Assembly: GCA_051047955.1 (NCBI GenBank)
Contig: JBPGPT010000013.1
Coordinates: 434,001 to 498,000, forward strand
DNA length: 64,000 nt
Direction: 5' to 3'
DNA from: Cystobasidiomycetes sp. EMM_F5
Lineage: Eukaryota
Of this stretch, positions 1 to 13,599 are shown one piece after another. Every line of letters starts with the position of its first letter. Positions within the stretch are counted from its first letter, which is position 1. The notes under the pieces are model-generated. The model ran no database searches. It was not told the DNA's origin and worked only from the letters and a program-made list of their open reading frames with translations. The translations under genes were made by a program, and so were the position numbers.

Positions 1-251
1 CTAGGGATGGAGCAGAATATCGACGCGATCAAACAACGGTCAGCATATACGGCTAGTATACTCGGTGCAGTACTAAACCGAAAGGCATTCAGCTAGCCGG
101 CGGAGATGCGGACCGCTGCTCCACATTCTCGGTTAATCAGTATAAGTGTCCTTTGAGCCGGTATATCGCGGCAGAGGGAGTTAGCTACGCTACAGCGACA
201 GAATACGCTGTCCACCATATCGTCCGAGCTCGTCTTTTCATTTAATCACTC

Positions 252-2374
252 ATGTGGCGTCAAAGGTTGGCGGTCGCAGCGCGACATCAAAGCAGAAATA
301 TCAGCCATCCTGCAAAGCGCAGTGGATCCAGTCGGTCAGCTTCTACTTCTTCTCAATCAGCGAGAAATGGATGGTCGACGACGAGTTTGGCGTTAGTCGC
401 GCTTGCTGGATCAGCCGCTACCCTACTCGTCAACGCCCGCTTCATCCATGCAGATACTCAGAAGACGGATGCTCGCACCATTCCCCACCCAGGCGCACCC
501 TTCCACACTGACTTTGCAGCCGCAATTGCGGAGCTTCAAAAAATATTTGGCGAGCAGGTCTCCATAGACGACGATGAGCGAAAGTCGCACGGGCATTCGC
601 CAAATACACACCATGGTGAGTTGAATAAGGATCCATAGAAGTCTTACACTGACAATGTAATCTGTAGAGGGTGCAAGTCCCGCAGTTGTGCTGTACGCCG
701 AATCTACAGAAGATGTCAGCAACGCCATGGTCATCGCGCACAAGTACAGAATGCCCGTAATACCATTTTCAGGCGGGACAAGTCTCGAAGGTCACTTTAC
801 AGCCCCGCATGGAGGATTATGTATCGACATTTCCCGCATGGACAAGATTCTCAAGATCAATGTGGAGGACGGAGACGTGGTCTGTCAAGCTGGCGCTGGA
901 TGGCAAGCGATTAATGAACAACTCGAAGAGCAAGGTATACCGCTTTTCTTCCCTCTAGATCCTGGACCAGGCGCGTGTATAGGAGGAATGATTGCAACAG
1001 TAGGCTAGCTACAGACGCTGTGAGGCTAAATTTGCGCTGAGAAGGACATTACAGGGCTGCAGCGGGACCAATGCGATGCGCTACGGGACTGCGAGAGCAG
1101 AATGGATCATCAACGTTACAGCAGTACTACCTAATGGCCGCATCATCAAGACAAGATCCCGCGCACGCAAATCTTCAGCTGGCTTCGATTTGACAAAACT
1201 CTTCATTGGCGCGGAAGGATCACTCGGCATTGTCACGGAGGCTACGCTGAGACTGGCACCAGTCCTACCGAATCGAGTCGCTGTATGCAGCTTTCCCAAC
1301 GTCAAGCAAGCAGTAGCTTGCGTGGTCGACGTCATCAATGCAGGATTGCCCGTACAATGCGCAGAGCTTTGTGATGCTTACACCATGAAGGCAATCAATA
1401 CTGCCAAACTTTGCTCATCCACCTTCGCAGAGGCCGACTCTGTCTTTTTCAAGTTCCAGGGTGATGAAGATGCGATGAGGCGGACGGCAGACCTCGTTAC
1501 AGGAATTATAAAGAAGCATCAAGGTGACAGCATGCGGTTCGCAGCAGACAAGGAGGAGAGTGATGCCATATGGCATGGCAGAAAGAGTGTACATTGGAGC
1601 TTGTGAGTCATCTTAGTCCCCAAATCATGACGCTGGCTGAACATGCATTATCAGAATGGCCATGAAACCTGGCTACGACATGTATTCCACTGATGTCTGC
1701 GTACCACTTAGCAGGTACATCATCTAGGCAAGCAACCCGTTATACCTTTAGCTGATGGCGTCACTGTTCAACAATAGGCTACCTCAGCTGGTCGAAGAAA
1801 CCCAGAAGGATTTGGAGGCGTCCGGTATCACTGCAGGGATACTCGGTCACGCCGGAGATGGGAACTTCCATGCTGGCTTGAGTGTATCCAAGGAGAACTT
1901 TGCGGAAGTTGATGCGGCTGCTGGAAGGGTATGTGGAGACGCCTTGTCGACGTCACCCACCCTTTCGACTAACGCTTCGTATAAATCGATAGTTGGTGGA
2001 GAGGGCAATTGCTTTAGATGGCACGTGTACCGGTGTAAGTACAGCGCTTCTAGATGTGCACAACTTTAGGTTAATCTGAACCTTCGCAGGAACACGGAGT
2101 CGGTACTGGCAAGAAGGTCCGTTACTGCACAACACAACTTCTCCATATACTGATAACACTTCTTTATGTAGAGATATCTGCGGAAAGAATTGGGTAACGG
2201 CACCGTAGAGCTGATGCAAACAATCAAGGACGCTGTTGACCCGCTCGGCATTATGAATCCTGGCAAGCTGTGAGTGGGAGAACGATATCAAGGAAGCAAC
2301 GATGCTGAACTGTCGAGATTCTCGTCAGCTACCCGGATCGACTTGCATTGCCTGCGCCGACTGTCAATAAATGA
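252..2374 (+). CDS. DLD1: Mitochondrial D-lactate dehydrogenase (cytochrome), FAD-linked oxidase; multi-exon
   Basis: Spliced exons give FAD-binding PCMH motifs (PFSGGTSLEGH, DPGPGACIGGM, SGTNAMRYG, GFDLTKLFIGAEGSLGIVTE) and C-terminal GHAGDGNFH, GEHGVG, DPLGIMNPGK. The N-terminus is Arg/Ser-rich, like a mitochondrial presequence. Confidence 0.9.
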
Positions 2375-3075
2375 AGATTATGCAGCCTTTCATACTGTCA
2401 GATTCGCCCACACGAGCAGAAGCACCAGTCAATGTAGCACATGCCAATAAGGTTGCCAAACCGACTGATGCTGTTGGTATCCATGACTAAAAGTTCTTCG
2501 ATGATTCATCGGAGTAACACAGCACGCTGGATACTTTGTGACTGACAAAGTCGCGCACTGTGCAGAAGTGCAATATTCCAATGAATCCAATTTCAGCGCT
2601 CTGACGGCATCTTCCACATCTTGGTATTCTGATCGCAGATGCCCCACCTGGGCGCGAAGCGGAGATCAAACGAACCCCCAGGAGGCGGAGAACATACCTA
2701 GACTATCCCATACCTTGATATGGAATAGCTTGGCTATAACTACTGATGTCCGGAAGATCTAAAGGGCGCCAATGCTGACGGCTTCGAGCTCGAGGAGCGG
2801 CACAGTCGGACCGCGATCCGCCCGCGAGCAACCGAGGCGCCCTGGGCTCGCTACATGATGGCAAGGCTGTAATTTAGAGAGTCAGGAAGAGCTATAGGCT
2901 TATATTAGATGTTTACGGGTTGTTGACCGGTGTTGACTCTCTTTGCGCGATAGTGCTTGCCTTGCTTTTACCGACCATGATGCTTTCTTGAATGATAACA
3001 TGGCATGACCAGCAGGGATGCGAATGATGTGTTAGCGCAACCTTGCCAGCTGAACGTCGAGATGAACTCGAAGCC

Positions 3076-5651
3076 ATGAGCGGCATCAGACGGGGACCCA
3101 AAGCGGTGCGGCCTTTGAACGCACGCCCAGGTCTTGATGAGCTGAGACGATGCATATCGATGACCGCAGTGCACGCAGTGTCGGAAGCTGAAGCGTTCGG
3201 TACATAAACACTGATGAAGACGGCTTGCAACGTCCATAGACTGGAACTAAACTGACTGACATCCTTGGCCAGTGCGAAGGCGGAGAACCGCCATGCGCAA
3301 GATGCGTCGCTGCAGGGCATCCCCAAGACTGCGTCTTCGAAAGGCCCGGGAGTAGTATTATTCACGACGCGTAGGCTGCCCAAGGCGATTCCTCCAATTT
3401 TGATGACGGGCTGACGATACCAACAGCGGACTCGCCCGATTAGCCAATATTGAAGCCTCCCTTGCGTTACAAGAACGTAGACTCGACACGATGGTCGAAA
3501 ACATCGGAAGCCTTACTGGTCTGTGAGACCCGTCCAAGGTCGCTCAACTTTCTACTGACGCAATCGATGCTGGAGTAGCCGTCCTTGCTGAGATTAGCAA
3601 GAAATTACCGCGTATACAAGAATCAAATCCTTCGCCAAATGGGTCGTGGGCCAGGCCAGCTGAATCCCAATGGGCATCAACATCGCAATCGATACTCAAT
3701 CAATTCTCGCATACTACACCTCCACTCAACAACATTCCTGTTGCTTCGCCCACCTTCCAAGTACCTAAACGCGCGGTCATTGGAGATACTGCCACTCCCG
3801 ATGACATTACACGGTTTGCAGCAAACATTAGCAGACCTATCGAGGCTTTAGCGGAGGCTGCTGCAACAGCTTCCGCTGCAACGGATGGTCTCAATGAAGA
3901 CTATGCTGCCTTGCAAGAGTCTAGACTTGCAGCACTCGAGTCGAAGAAGCGACCGTACCCAACTTCGCATATCCCCGGCACAGTACTCGATGCAGCGCCA
4001 GAGGACTTAGTTGGATGCGGTGCCATAACAGACGGAGAAGCTCGTAGTCTCCATCACTTGTAGGTCGCGTACTCGGCTTGAAGTAGCTCAGAAGGTGACG
4101 TGCTGAGCGCTTGCAATTCTCCAGGTGGGAAAAAGAAATCTCGGTCTTCTGTCCACTGCTGGATTCGGCGATGGATACCTATGAAAGTTTGAGGAGCCGC
4201 AGTGCATTCTTGTTCAATACAATCCTTGACATCGCGATGCGATGCTCGGGTACAGCTCAATCTGCAGCTGTTCAGCGGTGTATAAAGTCGGTACAGAGTA
4301 GTTGCCTGTCCAACACCCTATCTGGGCCGATGGCTACCTCGCCAGAGCTTGAGACTATACAGGCATTGCTCATCAACGCTTGCTTCCATACAGAGCCATA
4401 CGTTACAACGGGCTACGCAGTCCGGTTGTGCCTGGCTGGTCATTACGAAACGACTTGGAGTATGCTGGACGAACACGGTTGGCAGAAGACGGATAATACG
4501 GCAAGACGTTTGTCAGCACAATTGCGGACATGGCTCTATGCCATCTTCCTGGACTTTAAGTATGCTGTCGTGCCTCGCCAAGGTGTGCTGTCAGGGAACT
4601 AACGACATCGCGTTTGATCTAGGCATTCCCGATACAGTGGTAGAATGATTCCGTTTCGACAAGAAGACATGGATGAGCTTCGGGGAAAGATTGACGACTT
4701 TCTAAAGCTGCCCTTGAGTCTTCCGAATGACTATCGACATGTCGCCAATTTTCAGTGCATCTTCCTAGAGCGCAAGATCCTGATGGACTCGCAACGCCTT
4801 GTTGATCCAACCTTTCAAACCCATCGAACGTACATACAGAATTGTCTCGCTAGCATCCAGACTTCGTATGCAGCGTATGAAGCGATAGGAGGTGAGCATT
4901 CACGTCTTTGTATTCATCTGCTGCACACGATGACCCTGGTCTATCCAGCTACATTATTCACTTCGCTATCCTATCCTCGCCGCAGTCAAGAACGAATCTA
5001 TCACGATTCTATCCTATATTTAGTTTCCAACGTATACAAAGAGCATCTCTTCAACCCTGCCATTGTAGACGAGTCCACTATCCAGCTCACGCTATCGCAC
5101 GCTCAGTCGGCGATACGGACAGTTCTCGACAGCCCCGTGTACTCCTCTCGAGCCAAGTATAGTGGTTATCTCCTCCGCGTGGATCTATCCTTCGCTTGTC
5201 TGGTTCTCCTAAAACTGGCGAAAGCATACCCGTCATACCTCGAAAATACTGGCATTGTCAGCAGTAATGTGCTCGGCATTGCGAACCTTCTCGAGGGAAT
5301 GTCAGGCTCGCAGCGTTATGCCAAAATGCTGAGGTGGGAGTCACAGATGCCTGGAGGAAATTTGCCTTTTGACGTTACTTCTACAGACACGCATACTTGG
5401 AATATCTTCACAGCCAGAGTACTCGAAACATAGAAGGTTCCTCGAATTTCTCACTGCATAGACAACATAACGGCGAAGTTGCTACTGTGCAGGATCCGGC
5501 TACAGAATGGCTGTCCACAAGCGAGTTCAATATCGATGATTGGCTAGCGCTTCCAACGTCGGGTTTCACAGAGTCCTCAGACTTGTTGCTCAATCATGAT
5601 TGGCTGGCCACACTGGGAGGCGGGGCCGACTGGCAGACGTCTTATGGCTAA
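3076..5651 (+). CDS. Zn(II)2Cys6 fungal transcription factor; multi-exon
   Basis: Splicing gives MSGIRRGPKA-CTQCRKLKRS-CEGGEPPCARCVAAGHPQDCVF (binuclear Zn cluster), then a middle homology region (SLRSRSAFLFNTIL, LETIQALLI, QLRTWL) and an acidic C-terminus. The start codon is inferred. Confidence 0.8.
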
Positions 5652-5783
5652 TCGCGCCAATTCGAATGAGACCAGACACTGCCGTCTCATTACAGTAAAT
5701 GTTATCCCTTTCTGAATCCGTCAGATACCCCTCTCAACATTTTAAGAGAGCGATCTGTGTCCTACAGCCATCAGTGTGATATG

Positions 5784-6511
5784 CTACATGGTCTCCTTCA
5801 CTGTTTCTTCCGCCCAACTGACCGTGCTCCTGTAAACTCGCTGTAACATATCCTAAAAAGCCGCTCCCTTTGCTCCATACGTAATGTCCAAATTACGGCG
5901 CGCTCTTGCGATATCTTCCTGCAGATACAGCAGCTCTTCAACACGAGCCAGTTGTCGCGCCTGCTGCGGTCGACGAAGGGCAAATTTGAGGTCGTCTAGC
6001 TTGAGTTTCTTTGCGTTTGTCGAGTGTCCAGCAGCGTCCTTGCACTGCGAGAGGCACAACATGATTATCGGGATGAATGTTGACAGCAATTGCATCGCCA
6101 GCATGTCTGGCCGACAAGTAAACTCACCAAGTCTGTTAGATAGTCGACCAGAACCTCCTCGAGGATAGCAACAGTCTCGGGCAGAGGTTCAGGGTCATCT
6201 CCAAAGGCATACATCATGGCCGGCACTGCCAATGTAGATTGTATCAGATTACGAGGTCGTCCAATACTCATTCGACCCTCACAATCTTTCGCAAACAGGT
6301 TCTTGCGCTGCAGCTTCTGCCTTTCTTTGCGTTCCTTTGTCGACGTGCCCTCGCCTCTGTCTCGCGTCCGCGCTGTATCCCGCCTGACCACCCCGTCCTC
6401 GTCGGCCTCCCTGCGACCGCGCTTCTTTGCGTGCGGAATGTACGACGACGGTGTCGGTGCTCCTGACGCCGTAGCGCTGTCATCGTCTGCAGGCGTGCCA
6501 GCGGTGGACAT
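5784..6511 (-). CDS. TAF13: TFIID subunit TAF13 (histone fold)
   Basis: Motifs NLFAKD..AMMYAFGDDPEPLPETVAILEEVLVDYLTDL and LKLDDLKFALRR..LARVEELL..EDIARARR. The 3' end is approximate (5853 if the last intron is not spliced). Confidence 0.85.
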
Positions 6512-6659
6512 TCTTTTGATATTGCAAGAGTTGGTGGAAGCAAGACAGTGGCGGCAATATGTAGCTTTAGAGACTTGGATGAGTATATGCATGCAAGCTT
6601 TTGTAAACAACAACGACTGGAATGAATACAGTGTAACCTCAGACTAGCCTGCTAGCCTA

Positions 6660-7518
6660 TTACGACGCATTGCACATCTGCGCAGCTCGTGCACTGACAT
6701 CCTTCGTCAGGCCTTGGGCGTTCGTGATGATGCAGTACGCAGTGACTGGGTTCCGCGAGCTCGAGTCGCCTGGCGTATTAGGGAAGAGTCAGTGAAGTAC
6801 CAGTACTGTTACAAAATACCGCGCTCACCTGGATATGTGCATGTCGAAGTAGTAGCCCGGTATGTATCTCCGGGTGGAGACGAATCATAGGCTGTACCGC
6901 TGCAGCATTGTGTCCTGCGCAGCATACATGTTTAGTCCTCGACAAATGCAAGACGACATTCCAAAGAAAAGGCTTACCACCTGCCGCAGGTCATTGACGA
7001 CAGGACGTGGGGGTTGAACTGTTGCGGGAAAAGCATCAGTACGTAATCTTGCCATCATTACATACATTCACGGCACCAACCTGATGATTGACAGCAGCTG
7101 AGGGACTCTGTGCGGATCCAGCCGCAGAAGAGCTGACCTTGGACGACGGTGGGGCGGCTGACGACGAGGATGCTACTGCGGATGACGCAGGAGCGGACGA
7201 TGAAGACTTGACAGCAGGCGCTGCTGATGAAGATGATGGCGGTGGTGGAGCTGCAGACGACGAAGCAGCTTTCGTGGATGCGGGCGCTGTAGAAGCAGGG
7301 GCAGGGGAAGATGTGACTGCAACGGCGACTTTGATGCTCGAACTTGCAGAGTCTGGTGCAGTAGAGTTGGACTTTGAGGATGGTTGAAAGACTGCTCGAG
7401 CGACCAATGCGTCGCCGTGATTATGGCGGTCTGTCCGTCGGCCATGGCGGTTCTGGCGAGCATCTGCTCCGCTCAGGAGGACGGCCGCGGCCAACAGTAC
7501 TGTTGTGAAGCCGTGCAT
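6660..7518 (-). CDS. Secreted protein: signal peptide, Ser/Ala/Pro-rich linker, C-terminal 6-Cys domain
   Basis: Signal-like start MHGFTTVLLAAAVLLSGADA and a low-complexity S/A tract. Three GT-AG introns restore FNPHVLSSMTCGRWTQCCSGTAY...TCTYPG...YCIITN...AAQMCNAS*. Confidence 0.65.
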
Positions 7519-8148
7519 GATTCTGTCGAAAGGAGCGGGTGTGATAGAGTGTGCGTGTGATGCGCGTTGTCTAGGTGTCAATGCGGATGCCCTAGATTAT
7601 CACCTCTGCCAGCGAAGTGATGGGAATTGCAAAGTCAAGAGGGAAAGAAGGGAACGAAATGAATGCATATCGAATATCGAATTGCTTTTGAGAGCTCGTT
7701 TGTGATTTCCCATACCTGAAGCCGCTCCAGGCTCGCATCGACCCTTCGTTTGCCGCCGGATTTGGCAGGTCATTAATCCATACGCGACTGATTGTCCCAA
7801 GTCGACCGTTAGCCATTAGACAGCACACATTAGCAGTCAGTAGTGATGCCGCAATGAGCGTGTATAATCAAAAAGAGTCAGCCTGGCCCTCGTAAAGTCA
7901 GTGTATAGTCCAGCTAAATCAGCCAAAACAGCCAATAAACTGGCCATTCTTTCGCTCGCAGGCTGCTCCCATGACTCCGCTCATCAAGATATTCATTGCC
8001 CATGTCGCACTCGCTGTCCCCGTTGTACCGCGGTCATCCCGGCAAGTCGCACAAAGGCCAACCTGCAATCCAGCTTTACTTTGCTTTTATTCTCTCAGCT
8101 ACGACGACTTGAACATAATTCTGAGCTGACCACTGCTGACGCGCCGTA

Positions 8149-11100
8149 ATGGCTGCACAGGGATGGCAGCCAGACCCCGCAGCCCTGGCCCAGCTGGCGG
8201 ATGTCCTGGCCCACGCAGACTCGCCAAACACCCTCGTCCAGCAGCAAGTCGTCGAGCAGATTGACACCTTCTCCCGCAGCGAACCCTCCTTCCCGGCCTA
8301 CTTGTGCTACATGTTTGCGGATCCAGCGTCCGATTATCCAGAGACCGTACGGCTGCGCGCAGGTCTCACGCTCAAAAACAACGTCACCCAGAGACTCGCA
8401 GCGTTTCCCCCAGAGATATTGGAGTACGTCAAGGATACCCTGTGGAAAGGCTTCGAGGATGCGAGATTGTCCATCAGAAACACGACAAGCAGCATCCTCG
8501 ACTGGCTATTCAGAGCAATAGGCCCAAACAATTGGCCAGACGCAATCTTCAGGCTCATGCAGTACCTGCAGAGTCCAGATATTCTGGTGCAAGAGGTGCG
8601 GATGATTCTCGACGGCATCCACTGTGTGCGACTGATAATCGCCACGTAGGCCGCATGCAAAACCCTCTCCAACATCTGTCGCATGACTCCGCGCGTGATA
8701 GCGCACCTAGAAGTCAACAATCAGAGACCGATGGATGCTATCGTTCCAATGCTCATCGCTTCAGGCTTGAGCAGTCCGTCAGAAAGTGTCCGGATCTCGT
8801 CCCTAGAGGCACTCAATGCATTCATCGTCCCACAAGCTCCCATTCTCGCCCAATACATGCAGCCATACCTCTCTGGCGTATTCAGCCTCACCTCAGACTC
8901 TTCTATAGGCGTCCGCAGGGTGGTCATCGAAGCGCTAAATACCATGCTCAGCTTTTGGGTAGACCAGATCATTTCCCACATCGAACCCGTCATCGATTTT
9001 ATGCTCTTCTGCCTCAAGGATAAGGAGGCAAACGAAGATCTTGCCTTGACCGCAGCGGAGTTCCTCCTCACGTGAATCATTCGCATCACTGCTACTTTCG
9101 TTTACGTATTGACCTGGCTTTTCAGATTTACCGAAGAGCCAGATCTATTTGAGCAACTACAACTACAACAGGAACGTTTCTTGCCGGGTCTGCTGGAAGC
9201 GATGACATTCACCTCCACGTCGCGCGAAGTACTAGACCTCGATGAAGACGATCATGAGAAGGAAGATAAAGCGAGCGACATCAAGCCGCACATTCACAAA
9301 TCACGGACAACCGGCTCAACGTCTAGAGTGCCATCTCTAGCAGCGAGAATGGGATTGACTGCTGATGATATCGACAACGCGCAAGATTCTGGCAACTTCG
9401 AGGATGATGATGTATATGACGATGAAGACGAAGATGACGAAGATGGAACAGATGGGGACTGGACGTGCAGAATTGCAGCCGCCAGAGCTCTGGAGACATC
9501 GGCAGAGACCTTTGAAGGTGCACTACTCGAGATTCTGTTGCCGCAAGTCACGCAAATGCTCGCAAACAGCGAATGGTACACTCGAGAGGCCGCTATATTA
9601 GCGCTAGGAACGGTCGCAAGGGGGTGTGGCACAGCAATGGACGAGCACCTACCTTCTCTCATCCCCTTTCTCCTGCAGAGCCTGAAGGATCCCCATGTAG
9701 GCCGCAGCCTCCTCTGGAGTCTACTGCAGGAACACGCCCAGGCTGACCTCCATGTTTCAGCCCCTCATACGATCTGCGGCCGCCTCAACGCTAGGAGAAT
9801 ATGCTATCTGGGTGGCCAGTGCCGATAACGAAGGGCACAATGTCCTGCTGCCCAGCATTGCCGGAGTGCGTTGAGCGGACATTGCTCGCTACGGATCCCT
9901 GCTGACGCGACATTGCAGCTTCTGACTGTAGCGCTTGACAATAACAAGCACGCCCAGGGTAACGCGCTCATTTCGTTTGGGCAGCTTTGCAAAGAAGCTG
10001 GTCCGACTGGTAGCCTGAAGCCGCACCTGCCCAACATCATCAACGCCTTTGCTGCCGGTTTTGCAAAGTACCAGCACAAAAATATCCTCAAACTGTACGA
10101 CACAATCGGGTACCTGTCCGAAGGCTTAGGTTTAGGCGGTTTGAATGACCCTGATTCATTGGGTCGTTTGATGCCGCCTCTTATCGAGCGATGGCAAAGA
10201 TTTAGCGATACAGATCAAGATCTGCTGTATCTGCTCGAGGTGAGGCGCTGAAGAATGCAGGCTGCGTACGAGAACTGAATTTGGTTCTTTACAGTGCCTG
10301 GCTTCACTAGTCGTAGCTGCCGGTGAAGGTTTCCAGCCGTATGCGGATCCAGGTAAGTGCGACCCGGCAGACTTTCTTCGGTGCTGTGCTGCTCATCTAG
10401 TGATACATTTCCGTTCCCCCAGTGTTTCAACGAGCTTACCGACTCATTCACGCTGGTCTGTATCAATATCAGCAGCATCAAGCCGATCCCGACAATCTGG
10501 AAGCACCGGAGAAAGACTGGATGATTGTCAGCCTTGACCTGACGGCGAGCTTGGTTCAAGCACTTGGTCCACAAAGCCAGCAAGCTTTGTCCCCAATTGT
10601 GGATGCACAGGCGGATGGGAGCTTGCCAATGCTGCTTGTTTGCTTGTCGGTAAGTAATCGATCTGTAACAGAGCGCGTGAACATGATTTGACTGATAATG
10701 AATTCACCCAAAGTACCCGGAACCAGCAGTCAGACAGTCTGGATTTGCGCTGATTGGGGACATTGCACGGAATGCCGTGTCTGCGTTGTATCCCGTCATG
10801 AACCAACTCCTCACGATTGCCATCGAAGCCATTAATCCGAGTCCACGCATAGCGCAGACAGGCCTAGATAGCAACGTGGCCTGGAGTATTGGCGAGCTCG
10901 CGATGACCATAGGTGCGTATTTGAAAGATGATATTGTGCTTGATGAGACCTGACTGTTTCGACTCAGGTGCAAACATCACTCCCTTCGTCCCTTCGATGC
11001 TTGACCGGATGATTCCCATCATGCAGTCAATGAAGGTATCAGCACATCTGCTAGAGAATACTGCAGTCACTATCGGTCGGCTTGCACTCGCTTCGCCAGA

Positions 11101-11400
11101 GTCTGTGGCCAGCAGATTGGACGACTTGTTACCTATATGGGGCCAGGCAATGATGCATGCTAATGCAGGGTCTGAGCAAGACTCTGCATTACGTGGCATG
11201 TGTATAGCTGTCAGCAAGAATCCTTCGGTCATTGCTCAGCATGGGCGATGGCTGCTCGAGGCGCTCAAAGTGTGTACGGACCCTTCTTCAGAATTGCGCG
11301 AACTGTCAGCGCCAGTGGGTTGCGGAGTTATATCTGCCTCGGATACGCAGCTGAGCGTATGGGTCTCGTTTTACAGATCATTACAGCACTTCAGCAGTAA
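8149..11400 (+). CDS. KAP104: Transportin / importin beta-2 (HEAT-repeat karyopherin)
   Basis: N-terminal WQPD..RLRAGLTLKNN, acidic H8 loop (EDKASDIKP...DDEDEDDED..DWTCRIAAARALE), REAAILALG, AFAKYQHKNILKLYDTIG, VRQSGFALIGD, LLENTAVTIGRL. Confidence 0.9.
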
Positions 11401-11507
11401 AGCAGTTACGTATACGTCGTGTCATTGTATCATCAACCGCATCAGTGAGAGCAATGGGATTACTCGCGACATCGCACGAATGTCACGCTATAGCATCGTT
11501 GAGCACT

Positions 11508-12277
11508 CTACAAGTCCAGATCTTCAATCTCTCTCCTTGCCTGGCTGACGAAAGCTTCTAACGCTGCGTGCCTCTGCGTGGCCATCTCTTTGCCGAGAGG
11601 GGTGCGCATCATCCCCTTGAGCTTCAACAGCTTGTCGTCTAAGTGGGAGAGCGAGTCGTTTGGATTGTCCTTCGCGTAGAGGGGTCTGTGCTTTGCTGCG
11701 GAGAATGCTGCACATCGCATGATGCCAATCGCTGTTAAGAGACGTGAGAAGGGTATGTCGAAAAGTGCGTGCTACTGCTCCCTTACCTCCCATTGCGTCT
11801 AGCTTGTCTGCATCTTGGACGATATGCAACTCTGTACACGTCTCGTGCCAGGGTGTCTGTGTATTATTCGCTATCCGTTTCACTTCTGTAGAGTAACTGA
11901 CATTATCGCATATCCTTGCTACGAGCTGAGCTTGCTGCAGCGATATTGAGCCTCTCTCGAGCCATTCCTCGAAGAAGCGGGCGTGCAAGTCTTCGTACGC
12001 GCTGGTCGTGGCAGAGTATTTCGAATCGTGTCTGATAAAAAACAGAGTGAGCGAAAACAGTCTTACGTTGATAACGCTGCACTGACAAGTCGTGGAAGAG
12101 AGCTGCAAGCTGGAGCACGGTGTGGTCGACTGTCGGAGCGATAGAAGGGTTCCCAGCGAGCTTCAAAGCCAGAGACCGGACTCTTTTGACGTGGAGCCAG
12201 TCGTGGGACACGTCGTTGTAGCTGTCCATATGAGACTGCGCCAGTTGCTCTGCGGCTTTGAGCATATTTACGTCCAT
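11508..12277 (-). CDS. HD-domain phosphohydrolase
   Basis: HD-family motifs SHDWLHVKRV, LAALFHD, VSYSTE, IVQDADKLDAMG, HLDDKLLKLKGMMRTPLGKEMATQRH across 3 exons. Confidence 0.85.
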
Positions 12278-12463
12278 TTTGTATTGCTTGTTTACGCGGT
12301 CAATGGACAAAAGCAGTCGCGTCAGCTTGGAACAGACCATCAACATCAACGACGACGATACTGAACATGTAGCCCATTGTAGCATACACCGTGTACCCTT
12401 AGTATCCGTTACCGCGCTGTATGAGCTCCATTTTGCTGCTCGTCCAATCTGTAGACGTATACA

Positions 12464-13591
12464 ATGATACAATTGACGAGAATGGCTGCGACTGTCGCCT
12501 CTTCCGGGCCCAGCCTGCCAGTCCTCGAGTCTGTCCAGCACGTCAGGGCATGGCGGCAGCAGGCCTTTGCGTCGCGGCAGTCTGTGGGGTTTGTGCCCAC
12601 GATGGGTGCGCTGCATCGCGGCCACCTCGAGCTGAGTGCGGGGTGTGTTTGGTATATTGTCCATTCTATGTGCTGATGACCTCCCCGCAGTCCGCCAGTC
12701 CCTCCGACAGACTGACCACACCGTCTGCTCCATCTTTGTAAATCCTGCCCAGTTTGCCCCGTCAGAAGACCTCTCCACCTACCCCCGTACCCTCCAAGCC
12801 GACATGGACAAGCTGTCGAGTATCGAGTGCGACGGGAAACGCGTCTCCGCCCTCTTCCTCCCGGGCGTAGAGGACCTCTATCCAGACGGCATCGAGCAGG
12901 ACGTCAACAAACAGCGGGGCACCTTTGTGGAAGTCGTGGGCTACTCCCAAGAGGTGGGTGTTCATCTAAAACACCAGACTCTCGCTGACCCTCTTGACAC
13001 TAACAGATGGAGGGCGCCTCTCGTCCCACATTCTTTCGAGGCGTCGCGACAGTAGTAACAAAACTCTTCAACATTGTTCAACCAGACCTCACCTTCTTTG
13101 GCCAGAAGGATATCCAGCAATGCCTTATCCTCCGGAGGATGGTGTCCGACCTGCACTTGCCCCATCCCCCCTCACCCTCTCATCTCCGCATAGTACCAAC
13201 CGTACGCGACCACGACAACCTCGCCCTCAGCAGCAGAAATGCATATCTCTCGACAGCCGAGAGGAAACTCGCTCCGATACTATATACATCGCTGCAAGCT
13301 GCCCAGACGCGAATAACGGAAGCACTGCAACAAGACGGAGCAGAAATCTCAGCAAAAGAAGTCTTCATTGCCGCGCAGAGCGCCATGGAGGAATTTGTCG
13401 CGGCGTACAGTAACGACGAAGACGGTTCTGCCAAAGTTGACCTCGCCCTAGACTACATCAAGCTCAACGATCCCCTCACACTACGCCCAATGACGGCAAT
13501 CGCCAAAGGACAGGCAGCCGTCCTGTCGGGTGCAATCAAGATTGGCAAGACACGGTTGATAGACAATCTTCTCGTCAACATTCAGCTGTGA
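12464..13591 (+). CDS. PAN6: Pantoate-beta-alanine ligase (pantothenate synthetase)
   Basis: VGFVPTMGALHRGH, SIFVNPAQF, MEGASRPTFFRGVATVVTKLFNIVQPD, FGQKDIQQ, LALSSRN, TRLIDN. The start may be 12482. Confidence 0.95.
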
Positions 13592-13599
13592 TGGTTGAA

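Noticed and set aside
2429..2762. Short ORFs between DLD1 and the first Zn-cluster gene
   Set aside because: No motif or consistent exon structure; likely intergenic.
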